Source of the DNA: Octopus sinensis
Taxonomy: Eukaryota
DNA: 64,000 bases
Reading direction: 5' to 3'
NCBI RefSeq assembly: GCF_006345805.1
Contig: NC_043006.1
Coordinates: forward strand, 70,928,001 to 70,992,000
Shown: positions 25,692 to 37,600 of the stretch, piece after piece
Layout: every line of letters starts with the position of its first letter
Position numbering within the stretch: the stretch's first letter is position 1
The notes under the pieces: model-generated
What the model was told of the DNA's origin: nothing
The model's database searches: none
The model's input: only the letters and a program-made list of their open reading frames with translations
Program-made: the position numbers and the translations under genes

Positions 25692-28600
25692 GCCCTGATG
25701 CAGTATCAGGCATTGATTCTCCTGGCTTCTGATCTTAACTGATTGAAAGTGTTATCATGTATGTGTTTTGTCTTGGTATAAAAGATGGGCTACAGCAAAT
25801 ATTCTGGTCAATACTACAGATTTGCTTGTCAGTTGCTTGACCTTAACCAGTTGAGCATGTCTCAACACATGTCTATGATGCTCCTCCACTACTTCTGCTC
25901 GTGATCAGAGATGCACATATCGTCTGATGATATGTGCATCTCTGATCACGAGCAGAAGTAGTGGAGGAGCATCATAGACATGTGTTGAGAGGGATTCTTT
26001 GGGGTTTGAATAATTCACCTCTGGAAACATGGGCATTCCATTCAACATCCTTAAACAACCCTTATTCAGGGACCGTTTGAATAGAATGGCTTACTCGACC
26101 AGAAGAAGATTCTAACTGGGCCCCACCTGCAAGGCCATGTGCTGTTTATTTTGATATGAGATCACCATGTCGCGCACATATGGTTGTGATGCGTGTGCCT
26201 AGTGTACCCTTATCAGATGGGTAGTCATGATGGGTATACTGGGCTTTGCATATTTTACCCCAGTGTCACTTTGGTGGCATGCACTGTTCTCTCACTCAAT
26301 AATAATAATAATAATAATAGAAAAATAGAAAAAGTTGATAAATATGGAGACCTGAGAATTGAGATCGCTAATTTGTGGCAGCTATGAGAATCGAACATAT
26401 AGGTTATCCCTATTGTAATTGGAGCATTGAGTTCAATACCACCCAATCTGAAAAAACATCTGAAAACCTTAGAAATACCTTACAATCTAGGTGTATTGCG
26501 AAAGTCGGCATTACTTGGAACTGCATGCAAATTGCATAAAGTACTATCTGTCTGAGGTCCTTGTGACTTGACAGACAGTCGAAACCCCTGGTAGATACAA
26601 TACCTTCAATCAACAACCTCATGATATTGTATACTGTGCGGCGTCTATAATTATGATAGTAATAATGATATTAAGAACAGCGGAGCTGCTGTCAGGCTTG
26701 AGGTGATCCAGAAGACATCATTGTTGGGTACAGCTCGCATTCTAAGGAGAGTATTGTCTCTTTGGGTCACAGGAGAAGGAACTACTTGAAACCTTTGGTG
26801 ATTTGTTATTGCCTGCTTTCAAATAAAGAATAACTGGTAATTAAGAACTATCCAAGAGTCTTTCAGAATAATAATAATGATAATAATAATAATAATAACA
26901 AGACCACTCAGAAAGCGCAAACCTCTGCCAAGGCAACACCAACGTCCTCTCAACAATTAGCCAGAGATGATTTTTAAAATGAGAATATCTAAGATAAACT
27001 TGACTGCTCTCACAAACGAGAATATTAAAAATGAACCTGACCACTCTGGAAAATTAAGTAAAAAAAAACGGAAAAATAATCCAGAATCCTTGTCCGGTAC
27101 CAGATCGATCCCTATGGTAGCCATGGAATGTGAACATGGTTGTAGAAAATTTAGTAACAGTAATGAATAGTTTATTCTTATCTAATACAAGCCAAAGTTA
27201 ACAAACTGAGAAGTTGAGAAGCAGACTTCTTCCCACACAACCACATTTTAAGAATAAGTGCGAGAGGTTGTATCTTGTCAGTTTTAACATAAACCAAGCA
27301 GAATATCTGGGCCAGATATGGCCAGATTAAATGCTAAAGGATTAAAGTTTCTGCCTTCATTTCCTTATTACTTCTCATGTTATCTTTCCCTACCATCCAC
27401 ATTAGATGTCCGTGAACAACTTAATGAAGCAACAAGCTACATTGATGGCTCCACAGTCTATGGTTCCAATGATAATACTCTTCAGCAAGTACGCCTCTAC
27501 AGTAAAGGTAAGTGGTCCTACTGCTGATTCCATTATTTTTTATTTTATTTTATTTTATTTTATTTTATTTGCTTCACTTTGAGGAATTTTAGTCAGATGA
27601 ATTAACCCCCAACACTTACTTTTTTTTAAACCTGATACTTATTCTAATGGTCCATTTTGCTGAACTGCTTAGTTATGGGGATGTAAACACACCAACACCA
27701 GTTGTCAAGCATCGGTTGGGGACAAACACAGACACAAAGACACACACACACATATATGTGGTGGCATTCTTTCGGTTTCCTCTACCAAATCCACTTATAA
27801 GGCTTTGGTCACTTGCCCAAGGTGCCACACAGTGGGAGTGAACCATGTAGTTGGGAAGTTCTCACCATAAAGCCAGTCCTGCACCTATAATCTCTACATA
27901 CTATAATCTCTTATTTAGTTCAAAGGCTGGACCAATGACTATATCCCTTGTTACAGGCCCTCACACACTTATATGGTCTAAATAAATACGGTAACGAAAG
28001 GGTTAAATATAATCTGTTTTAGTGCTTTAGAATGTTATAGAATTTCTCTTAAGCCTGGTATTTATTCTATTGGTCTTTTTTGCTGAACTGCTTAGTTATG
28101 GGGACGTAAACACACCAACACCAGCTGACCACAGCCTTATGAGGGGATTTGGTAGAGGGACACTGGAAAAAGCCCATCATGTGTGTGTGTGTGTACATGC
28201 GTGTGTTTCTGTGTTTGTCCCCTCACAACTGGTGTTGGTTTGTTTACGTCCCCATAACTTAGTGGTTCAGAAAAATAAAGGGATGTTAGAATTAGTAGTA
28301 CCTTACTAATAAAATGTACTGGGGTCTATTTGTTTGACTACAAACATCAAGTAGTGCTCCAGCATGGCCACTATAAATGACTGAAGCAAGTAAAAGTTAG
28401 AAGATAAAGACTAAAGAAAACCTTCAACAAAGGCACAGGAGAGACTGTGTGGTAAATAGCTTGCTTCCCAACCACATGGTTCTGGGTTCAGTCCCACCTT
28501 GGGCAAGTGTCTTCTACTATAGCTTTTGGGCCGACCAAAGCCTTGTAAATGGATTTGGTAGTCAGAAACTGAAAGAAGCCTGGCATGTGTGTGTGTGTTT

Positions 28601-31600
28601 GAATATGGAAAAAAAGTCAAGGTAGAAAATGCAAAAAAAAATAATATTATGAAAAACATTTCAGTACCAGTTTCAGTCATTGAGACTTTTTTAACTGTAA
28701 GTATGGAAAAAATTAAATTTTGGAAAAATTAAAAGAAAAGTTTTTTAAAAAGAATATTTGCATAGTGTTCAAATACGAATTTTCCTTGTTTCTGCCTGTT
28801 TCTGTCTCTCTTGTTTACTCTTGTGGGTTTGAGGTCATTGTGTATATGTATATAATATATATATATATATATATATATTAAGGTATGTAGAAAAATACAA
28901 CATGGACAAGAACGTATAACTCTTAGAAGACGATACAATAAACACGGACAGGACATTCGAAACCCTCAGTCTTCAGTCAAGAACCGGATCATCGTAGTAA
29001 TTTCGGCTGATTAATCTTGAGATTACTAGATCACGGCCAGCCCTCCAAGAAAAACTAAGCAACGAGCATTAGAAAAACTAAGCTGGGAGCGTAGATTTCC
29101 TGGAAGAAGGATCGAATGCATACGGACACCAGGACAGCAAAAAGGACGAATATAAAAAAACAAAAAAATAATGGAATACAGAAACATGAAATACAGAAGC
29201 ATTAACGGTGAAAACAACAACAAGTGTCTTACGACTGATAACAAGCAAACAAATTTTTTCTCTGGCGCAAGGAAAGGAGCCTTATCGGCGATGCCTATAG
29301 CGGCGGACGAAAAACAACGATATTAACACGTCGCTGGTCAGAAGCTGAAAGGCAGATTTCGGCCAGCAGTCACGTGACAGAGAAGAGAGAAAAGAAAAGA
29401 AAGAGAAGCAACGGAAGAGAGAGAGAGAGGAGAGAGAGAGAGGAGGGACAAACGCAACAAAGAGAGAGAAGAGAGAGAAAGAAGGAATCAGAGAGGAGAA
29501 GGGATGGGTGTCGAAGAAAGACCTGTGAGTGCAGAGCGAGACAAAGAAATAGGAGGGTAGTGGAAGATTAGACCAAAGAATCAGAGGAAAGAGAAGAGAA
29601 AAAGAGGATGAGTAGAGAGAGAAGGGGACAGATCAAGTAAAAGTGAGAGAGAGAGAGAGACAAACAAAGAGTCGTACCGATTATTAAGAATATGTGGTCA
29701 CATTAATGTTAAGAGGGTACGTGGCGCCTGGAATATATGTTAAGGTATGTAGAAAAATATATATATATATAATATAAAATATATATATATTTATGTATGT
29801 ATCCATGTATTTGTGTGTCTGTGTTTGTCCCCCCCACCACCACCACCACCATCGCTTGACAACCAATGTTGGTGTGTTTACATCTCTGTAACTTAGCGGT
29901 TCAGCAAAAGAGACCAATAGAATTAATAATAGGCTTACATAGAATTAGTGCCAGGGTCGATTCGTTTGACTAAAAGCAGTGCTCCAGCATGGCCGCAATC
30001 AAATGACTGAAACTATTAAAAGAAAAAAAAAAAAACATAAATTACGATCTAAATGTGACCTACCTGCCTCATGAACTCTTACACAGATCTATCTTCCAGT
30101 ATTTAGTTTCATGTCAAGCTCACCTGAACCCAAAATGGCATTCCCATGGTTACGATGATGAAGTTCCAATTTATCTGATCAACAGAACCGCCTGCTTGTG
30201 AAATCAACATGCAAATGGTTAAGCACTCTACAGCCACCCGTACTCTTAACCCTTTAGAATTTAAACTGGCTATATCTGGCCAATAGGCTCAGGAGAGGCC
30301 CCATAACTTAGTGGTTCAGAAAAATAAAGGGATGTTAGAATTTGTAGTACCTTACAAATAAAATGTACTGGGGTCTATTTGTTTGACTACAAACATCAAG
30401 GCAGTGCTCCAGCATGGCCACCGTAAATGACTGAATGTTCAAATGTTCTATGTTCAAACTGGCAGATCTGGCCTCTCATGTCAACCCTACAATATCATTT
30501 TAAAAATTAAATTACCACACCAAAATCTCAAAGCTACAAAATAGTGTATGATTAATTCAAAATAATCTGAATAAACAGGAATTGCATTTGACAGAAAAAT
30601 GTGAATGCTAAAGAGTTAATGTAGGTGTAGGAGTGGCTGTGTGGTAAGTAGCTTACTTACCAACCACATAGTTCCGGGTTCATTCCCACTGCGTGGCACC
30701 TTGGGCAAGTGTCTTCTACTGTAGCCTTAGGCCAACCAAAGCCTTGTGAGTGGATGTGGTAGATGGAAACTGAAAGAAACCCGTCGTATATATGTGTGTG
30801 TGTGTGTGTGTGTATGTTTGTGTGTCTGTGTTTGTCCCCTCAACATCGCTTGACAACCGATGATGGTGTGTTTACATCCCTGTAACTTAGTGGTTCAGCA
30901 AAAGAGACCGATAGAATAAGTGCCAGGCTTCCAAAGAATAAGTCCTGGGGTCGATTTGCTCGACTAAAGGTGGTGCTCCAGCATGACCACAGTCAAATGA
31001 CTGAAGCAAGTAAAAAGAAAGAGAGAAAGTTCTTGAGGAGATTCAGCAACAATCCCTCACACAAAAACAACCAAGTCAGCTGATATTATCAAATGAGCTT
31101 CACACCTTATAAATCAAACCAGAAAAATTGTCTTTACCAACCTTCCCTCTCTGCAACCCACACTATAAACATATATTATTTTCTTCTTCTCCATTCCCCC
31201 TTTATATGTAAATTTTTGTTGATATTCCTTAGGTCTGCTGAAAACTGTGTCATGTGATATGGAAAATTTTCCACCATTAGATAACAACAATGAAACAGAA
31301 TGTTCTGTAATGCCTCAAAATAGAACCTACCCTTGTTTATATGCAGGTGAGGTTTATTTCTTTTTCTTTCATATATACATATGTGTGTGTGTGCATCACT
31401 CTGTATTTCCTCATATTCCTTTCTGTTGAAGAGCATAGGCTCGAAATGTAAAAGACTTTCTCGTTCTCCTGAGCATCAAATTAATACACCTGCTTTTGTT
31501 CATACATCTGTCTTCGTCTCTAGTTTTTCTGTAAATTTCAACTATATATATATATATATATTCACACACACCTATACACACACACATATACACATTATTT

Positions 31601-34600
31601 ACATTTGATGGGTATTTGTCTTCATCTTATTTGTTGTTAACACAACGTTTTGGCTGATATACCCTCCGGCCTTCATCGGGTGTCTTGGGGAAATTACACC
31701 ATATGCCCATTGGCGTAGTGGTTATGACGTGGGCTACTAACCCCAAGATTCCAAGTTCAATTCCAGGCTGTGACCTGAATAATAATAATTATTATTATTA
31801 CATCGAAAAATACCTTAGGAATGAGAACCCAGGTTCGAAATTTCCCCATGACACCGATGAAGGCTGGAGAGTATATCAGCCAAAACGTTGTGTTAACAAC
31901 AAACAAGATGAGGACAAATATCTGTCAAATGTAAATAATGTACATAATTCCTCATCTCTTAAATATAGAACTGTATATGTATATAATATGTAATGGTAAG
32001 ATCCAAGGCTCAATGTGTAGGAAGTTAGTAAGCCTTGAGCAGTCCGTAGAATGTATAAAAGGCAGCTTTCGGGAACAGTAATGTTTTATTAATGTAGAAG
32101 TTGTAAATTTCTCCCATATCAACATTCAATAAGCTGAAAAAGGTTATTTTATAGTTCACAATTGCAACTGGGGTTACCATGTATGCAAACAAAAACCCAC
32201 ATTTAGGGAATGGAGCTGTTAAAACCCATGCTACATATATTTCATAGCTAGCAGAACCACAGAAGTAGAAATTTCCTAGATGAGGAGTACTCCACTAGTT
32301 ACTCATCAGGCTGAAGATACCTTAGTCAAATGATGGTTACATTGTCATCAAGGGATCAAATCTCCTGTGAGTTAACATGGGATCCCTTGATGACAATGTA
32401 ACCTTCCTTTGACTAAGGTATCTTTGGCCTGATGAGTCACCTTTGCCTTTCATCCTTTCAGGATTGATAAAATGAGTACCAGTTGAGTACTGTGGTTGAT
32501 ATAAACAAATAACACCCTTACCCAAAACTTCAGGCTTTGTATTGAAAAGATATATAGTTTGGATAAAATTACACAAGTAAATGCACTCAATTTGTTATAG
32601 ATCAAGTGGAAAAGAAGCAACAACTCAAGTTTCATGCTGAAAAGTTTTTGATTGCACTTGGTGAAAGCATAACTGTTAGTGCAGTGTTTGCATTTGTTAG
32701 ACCAGCGATTGCAATCATCAGGTGGCACAACTAAAATGGTTGTTGTCATTTTGGTCATGCAGCCTAACTGTTATACTCACATCAAATGATACTAGGTGTG
32801 TGTGAGAGAGCATGCATGCACGTGTATGTGTGCATGTATGGTTGTGTATGACAATACATCCAAAATGAAGACAAGTATCAACATTCCCAAATGGTTTGCT
32901 TGAATAATTGTGAAGATTTCTTCCACATGAAACCATTGGTTGCCTTGTTAATCCAGGAATAAAGAATATTTATCCACCAATTCAGTGTCAGGCACTCATT
33001 CTCATCGTGTGATACTAACATTATATATATATATAGTGTATGATTTATTTATGGAATGAAGTTCTACAAATCCAATCATATTTGTCAAAAGTGAAAGAGA
33101 TAAGATATTAAAAAGTTGTAAGTTTATTCATGCAAGCATTCGTTTTGTACATAGATATAAATTCATTTTAGAATTTGCAAATATCAAAGTACTCATCAGT
33201 ATACATACATACATACATACATATATCATCATCGTTTAACGTCCACTTTCCATGCTAGTATGGGTTGGACGATTTTGACTGAGGGCTGGTGAACCAGATG
33301 GCTGCACCAGGCGCCAAGATGGATGGATGGACGGACGGACGGATTGACCAATCAATCGATAAACAAAACAAAACAAAACAAGTACTGTGAACTTACCATG
33401 AGGTGTGAAAAATGCCTTTTCAAGAAAAAGTTGACAGGAGTGAAATTAAAGAGACACAACAGAGTTTTACATCCTCTAAATTACTAAATTAGAAAGATTG
33501 GCTGCAGCTGACAAAAAATGTAGGACCATGAGAGCTTCATTCATGGGCTATATACCAACTCGATAAGCTGCTAAGTGAATCTTGAGGTCTCAGTCAATAT
33601 ATAATTTATAATATATATATATTAACACTTGGTTGAGGGGTTTTATCTTGCATGCTACTTGTTGCCTTCACTGGTACTGGTGCCATATAACAAGCATCCA
33701 GCCATAGGAACCATGTCAAAGCAGACAGTAGAGTTTGGCACTCAGTAGAGCTTGGCAAATGATACCTGCAGTGTGTGTGCATGTGTGTGTGTGCACGCAC
33801 GTGCATGTGCCTGCATGTACGCATACTTGTGTGTGAGAATACATCCAAAATTGAGACAAGTACTGACATTCTCAAGTGGTTTGCTTAAATAATTGTGGAG
33901 ATTTCTTCCACATGAAACCATTGGTTGCCTTGTTAATCCATGAACAAGGAATATTTATCTACCAATGCAGTGTTGGGCATTCATTCTCCAGCTCTTGTCA
34001 AACTGTCAAACTCATGCCAGCATGGAGATTGGATGTTAATTGAGGATAATCATGATAATATCTTCTTTTGCTAGTTGTACTGGACTGTGAACAGCATACA
34101 AGGACACTGTCCACTGTCTTCAATAGCTTTAATCAACTATATTGACCCTAGTTCGTATTTTAGTATCCCTTATGTTATTGATTTCTGTTTGTGAAATTAC
34201 TAAGTTGCAAAGTAGAAGTGGACACTACAAAAGCATAAGCACACACACACAGGTATACACGAACATATGCATGCACACACGCACACGCACACACACATGC
34301 ACACAAAGGCACATAGACACACACACACATACATACATGCATACAAAAGCACATAGACACACACCTACATACACATGTGCACAAAGGCACATAGATACAC
34401 ACACACATACACACAAAGACACACACACATGCACACAAAGGTACATAGACACTCACATACATACGCATACACACAAGCATATAAAGGCAATAGATATACA
34501 CACACATACACATATGCACATAAAGGCACATAGACATACACACACACATACAAACATGCACACAAAAGCACATAGATACATACACACATTTATACTAATT

Positions 34601-37600
34601 GTTTTAGCTCTTCTGTGTCTGAAAATAAGATAGGATGATGATGATGATGTCATGATTGTATTTAGTCCTGCATCTGCTGGGTCAGAGGGTTTTACTGACT
34701 TGGGACTAAATAAACAAATTACAAATATCTAGAGGCAACATGAACATCAAACGTTTTTTTCCTTGTCATTACATTGTCAGGCGATACCCGTATTAACGAA
34801 AACCCTGCCTTAGCAGTAAACCACGTAATTTGGATGAGGGAACACAACAGGCTTGCAGTCAAACTGGCCCGTTTGAATCCCCACTGGGAGGACGAAAAAC
34901 TGTTTCAAGAATCACGTAAGATTGTCGCTGCTGAAATCCAACATATTTTCTACAATGAATTTTTACCAATCATCATTGGGGCAGACATTTGTGTCCGCAA
35001 CAATTTGCTATCATTGTCCAGTTATGGTGAGTGAACTCTTGCTACTTCATTTTGAAGATGTCTCCCATTTATGTGGTTATGATATATTAGATATTTCTAT
35101 AGTGTTGTGTTTATTTTCATCTCTTTCACAGAATACAACAATAAAATAAACCCATCTGTTGAGAATGGCCTTGCCACAGCAGTATTCCGTTTCGGCCATG
35201 GCATGCTTCCAGACAACCTGTTATTCATAGGTAGTTGTCCCAGTCAACGTCCACTATGCACTCCTCAGTCTCTAACTGGAAATATTTTTAAGAAACATCA
35301 GTTTTATACGACCAGTACAGTCATACCTACCACAAGTCCGCCTTTTGCTGGTTGCCCATTTAAGATTAAAGAAGACTTGAGTCAGATGTTTGAGAAAGTC
35401 GACCCGTTGTTTGCAGCACATACTGAAATGGTTGCATTGCTAAGGGGTCTCCTGAGAGACAAGGCTCGCATTGCTTCCGACATGATGATAACGTCTGCTG
35501 TAACTGAAAAATTATTTGGGGACATGGATCTGATGGCACGAAATATCCAGCGAGGCCGTGACCACGGTCTGCCACCATACAATAAATGGAGGAAATGGTG
35601 TAGATTGAAGCCAGCGTTACGCTTCCATACCAAGAAACATGGATTCAAAGACCACAAACATCAAGTTGTCAAGCAATTCAAAAAAATTTATGCGTAAGTT
35701 ACCGAATGTACTTAAGATACTATTTTTATTATTATTGTTGTTGTTGTTGTTGCTGTTACTAAGGCAGCATGCTGGCAGAACAGTTAGCATGTGGGGCAAT
35801 ATGCTTAGCGGTATTTCATCCATCCTTACGTTCTGAGTTCAAATTCCACTGAGGTCGACTTTGCCTTCCATCCTTTCGGGGGTTGATAAATTAAGCGCCA
35901 GTAAAACACTGGGGTTGATATAATCGACTAGTCCCCTCTCCCCAAATTTGAGGCCTTGTGCCTTCAGTTGAAAGAATTATTATTATTATTGTTGTTGTGG
36001 TTGTTATTGAGGCAGCAAGCTGGCAGAATTGTTCGTACGCCGGGCTAAATGCCTAGCAATATTTCGTCTGTCTTTACGTTCTCAGTTCAAATTCCACCGA
36101 GGTCAACTTTGCCTTTCATCTATTCAGGGTCGATGAAATAAGTACCAATTGAGCACTTGGGTCAATGTAATCAACTTAGCCCCCCCTCCCTGCAAATTTC
36201 AGGCCAAGGATTATTGTTGTTGTTATTATCTTTATGTTCAGCATCCTAATCCCATTGAGTTTCAATTTTCCTTTCAAGGTTGGTAAAAATAGGTACCAAT
36301 TGAGCACTGGGGTCAATACATTCAGCTAGTCCCTGCCCCTAAAATTTCAGGCCTATATAGCAAGGATTATTATTATTATTATTATTGTTGTTGTTGTTGA
36401 GTGAGAGAACAGTGCATGCCATCAAAATGACACTGGGGTAAAATATACAAAGCACAATATACCCATCATGACTACCCGTCTGATAAGGGTACACCAGGCA
36501 CATGCATCACAACCATGTGTCCACGACTTGGTGATCTCATATCAAGATAAACAGCACATGACCTTGCAGGTGGGGCCCAGTTAAAATTTTCTTCAGGTCG
36601 AGTAGCCCATCCCACTCAAAAGCTCCCTGAATAAGGGTTGTTTAAGGATGTTGAATGAAACACCCATGTTTCCAAAGGTGAATTATCCAAACCCCAAACA
36701 ATCCCTCTCAACACATGGCTATTATGCTCCCCAACTACTTCTGCTCGTGATCAGAGATGCACATATCGTCAGCCACCAAGGGACATGCTCAACTGGTTAA
36801 GGTCAAGCAACTGGCAAGCAAATCTTTGGTCTTGAGCATAATATTTGCTGTAGCCCATCATTTATACCAAGACAAAATATATCATTCATCAGCATCATTT
36901 AACGTCCATTTTCCATGCGGGCATGGGTTGGACGGTTTGACTGAGGTCTGGAGAGCCAGCGGCTGCACTAGGCTCCAATCTGGTCTGGCAATGTTTCTAC
37001 AGCTGGATGCCCTTCCTAATGCCAACCTCTCTGAGAGTGTAGTGGGTGCTTTTTATGTTCCACTGGCACAGGAGCCAGTCAGGCGGGCCTGGCATTGATC
37101 ATGTTCAAATAGTGCTTTTTATGTTCCACCAGCACAGGAGCCAGTCAGGGGCCACTGGTATTGGCCACATTCGGATGGTGCTTTTTATTATTATTATTAT
37201 TATAGTCTGCAGGCAAATCCCACCAAGGTTGATTGCCTTTCATCCTTCTGGAGTCAATAAAATAAGTACGAGTCAAGCACTGGAGTTAATGTCATTGATT
37301 AGCTGTCACCCCACCAAATTTCAGGCCTTGTGCCTATGGTAAAAAAGAATTATTATTCCCTTTATGACAAAGGACCAAGATGCTTGGTGCCTTGCTGTGC
37401 TCAAGAAGACCTGTCCTCCACAGCAGAAGTGTTAAGACAGATCCCTCTGGTGGTGAAAAGCACTCATGACAGTGCCAATGCAAAAGTACCCATGCAACAC
37501 CATGTAAAAACACCCTTGCAGTGCCATGTAAAAGCACCCAGCACACTCTGTAAAGTGGTTGATGTGAGGAAGGGCATCCAGCCATGGAAACCATTCCAAG

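Noticed and set aside
28940-29060. Third bona fide hammerhead on the - strand
   Set aside because: CTGAAGA and a GGCTG/CAGCC-GAAA stem occur separately, and I could not form stem I or a complete core. It is kept only as a weak note.
34142-34653. His/Thr-rich and Cys/Val-rich ORFs (metal-binding-like)
   Set aside because: These are (CA)n-type low-complexity artefacts on both strands.
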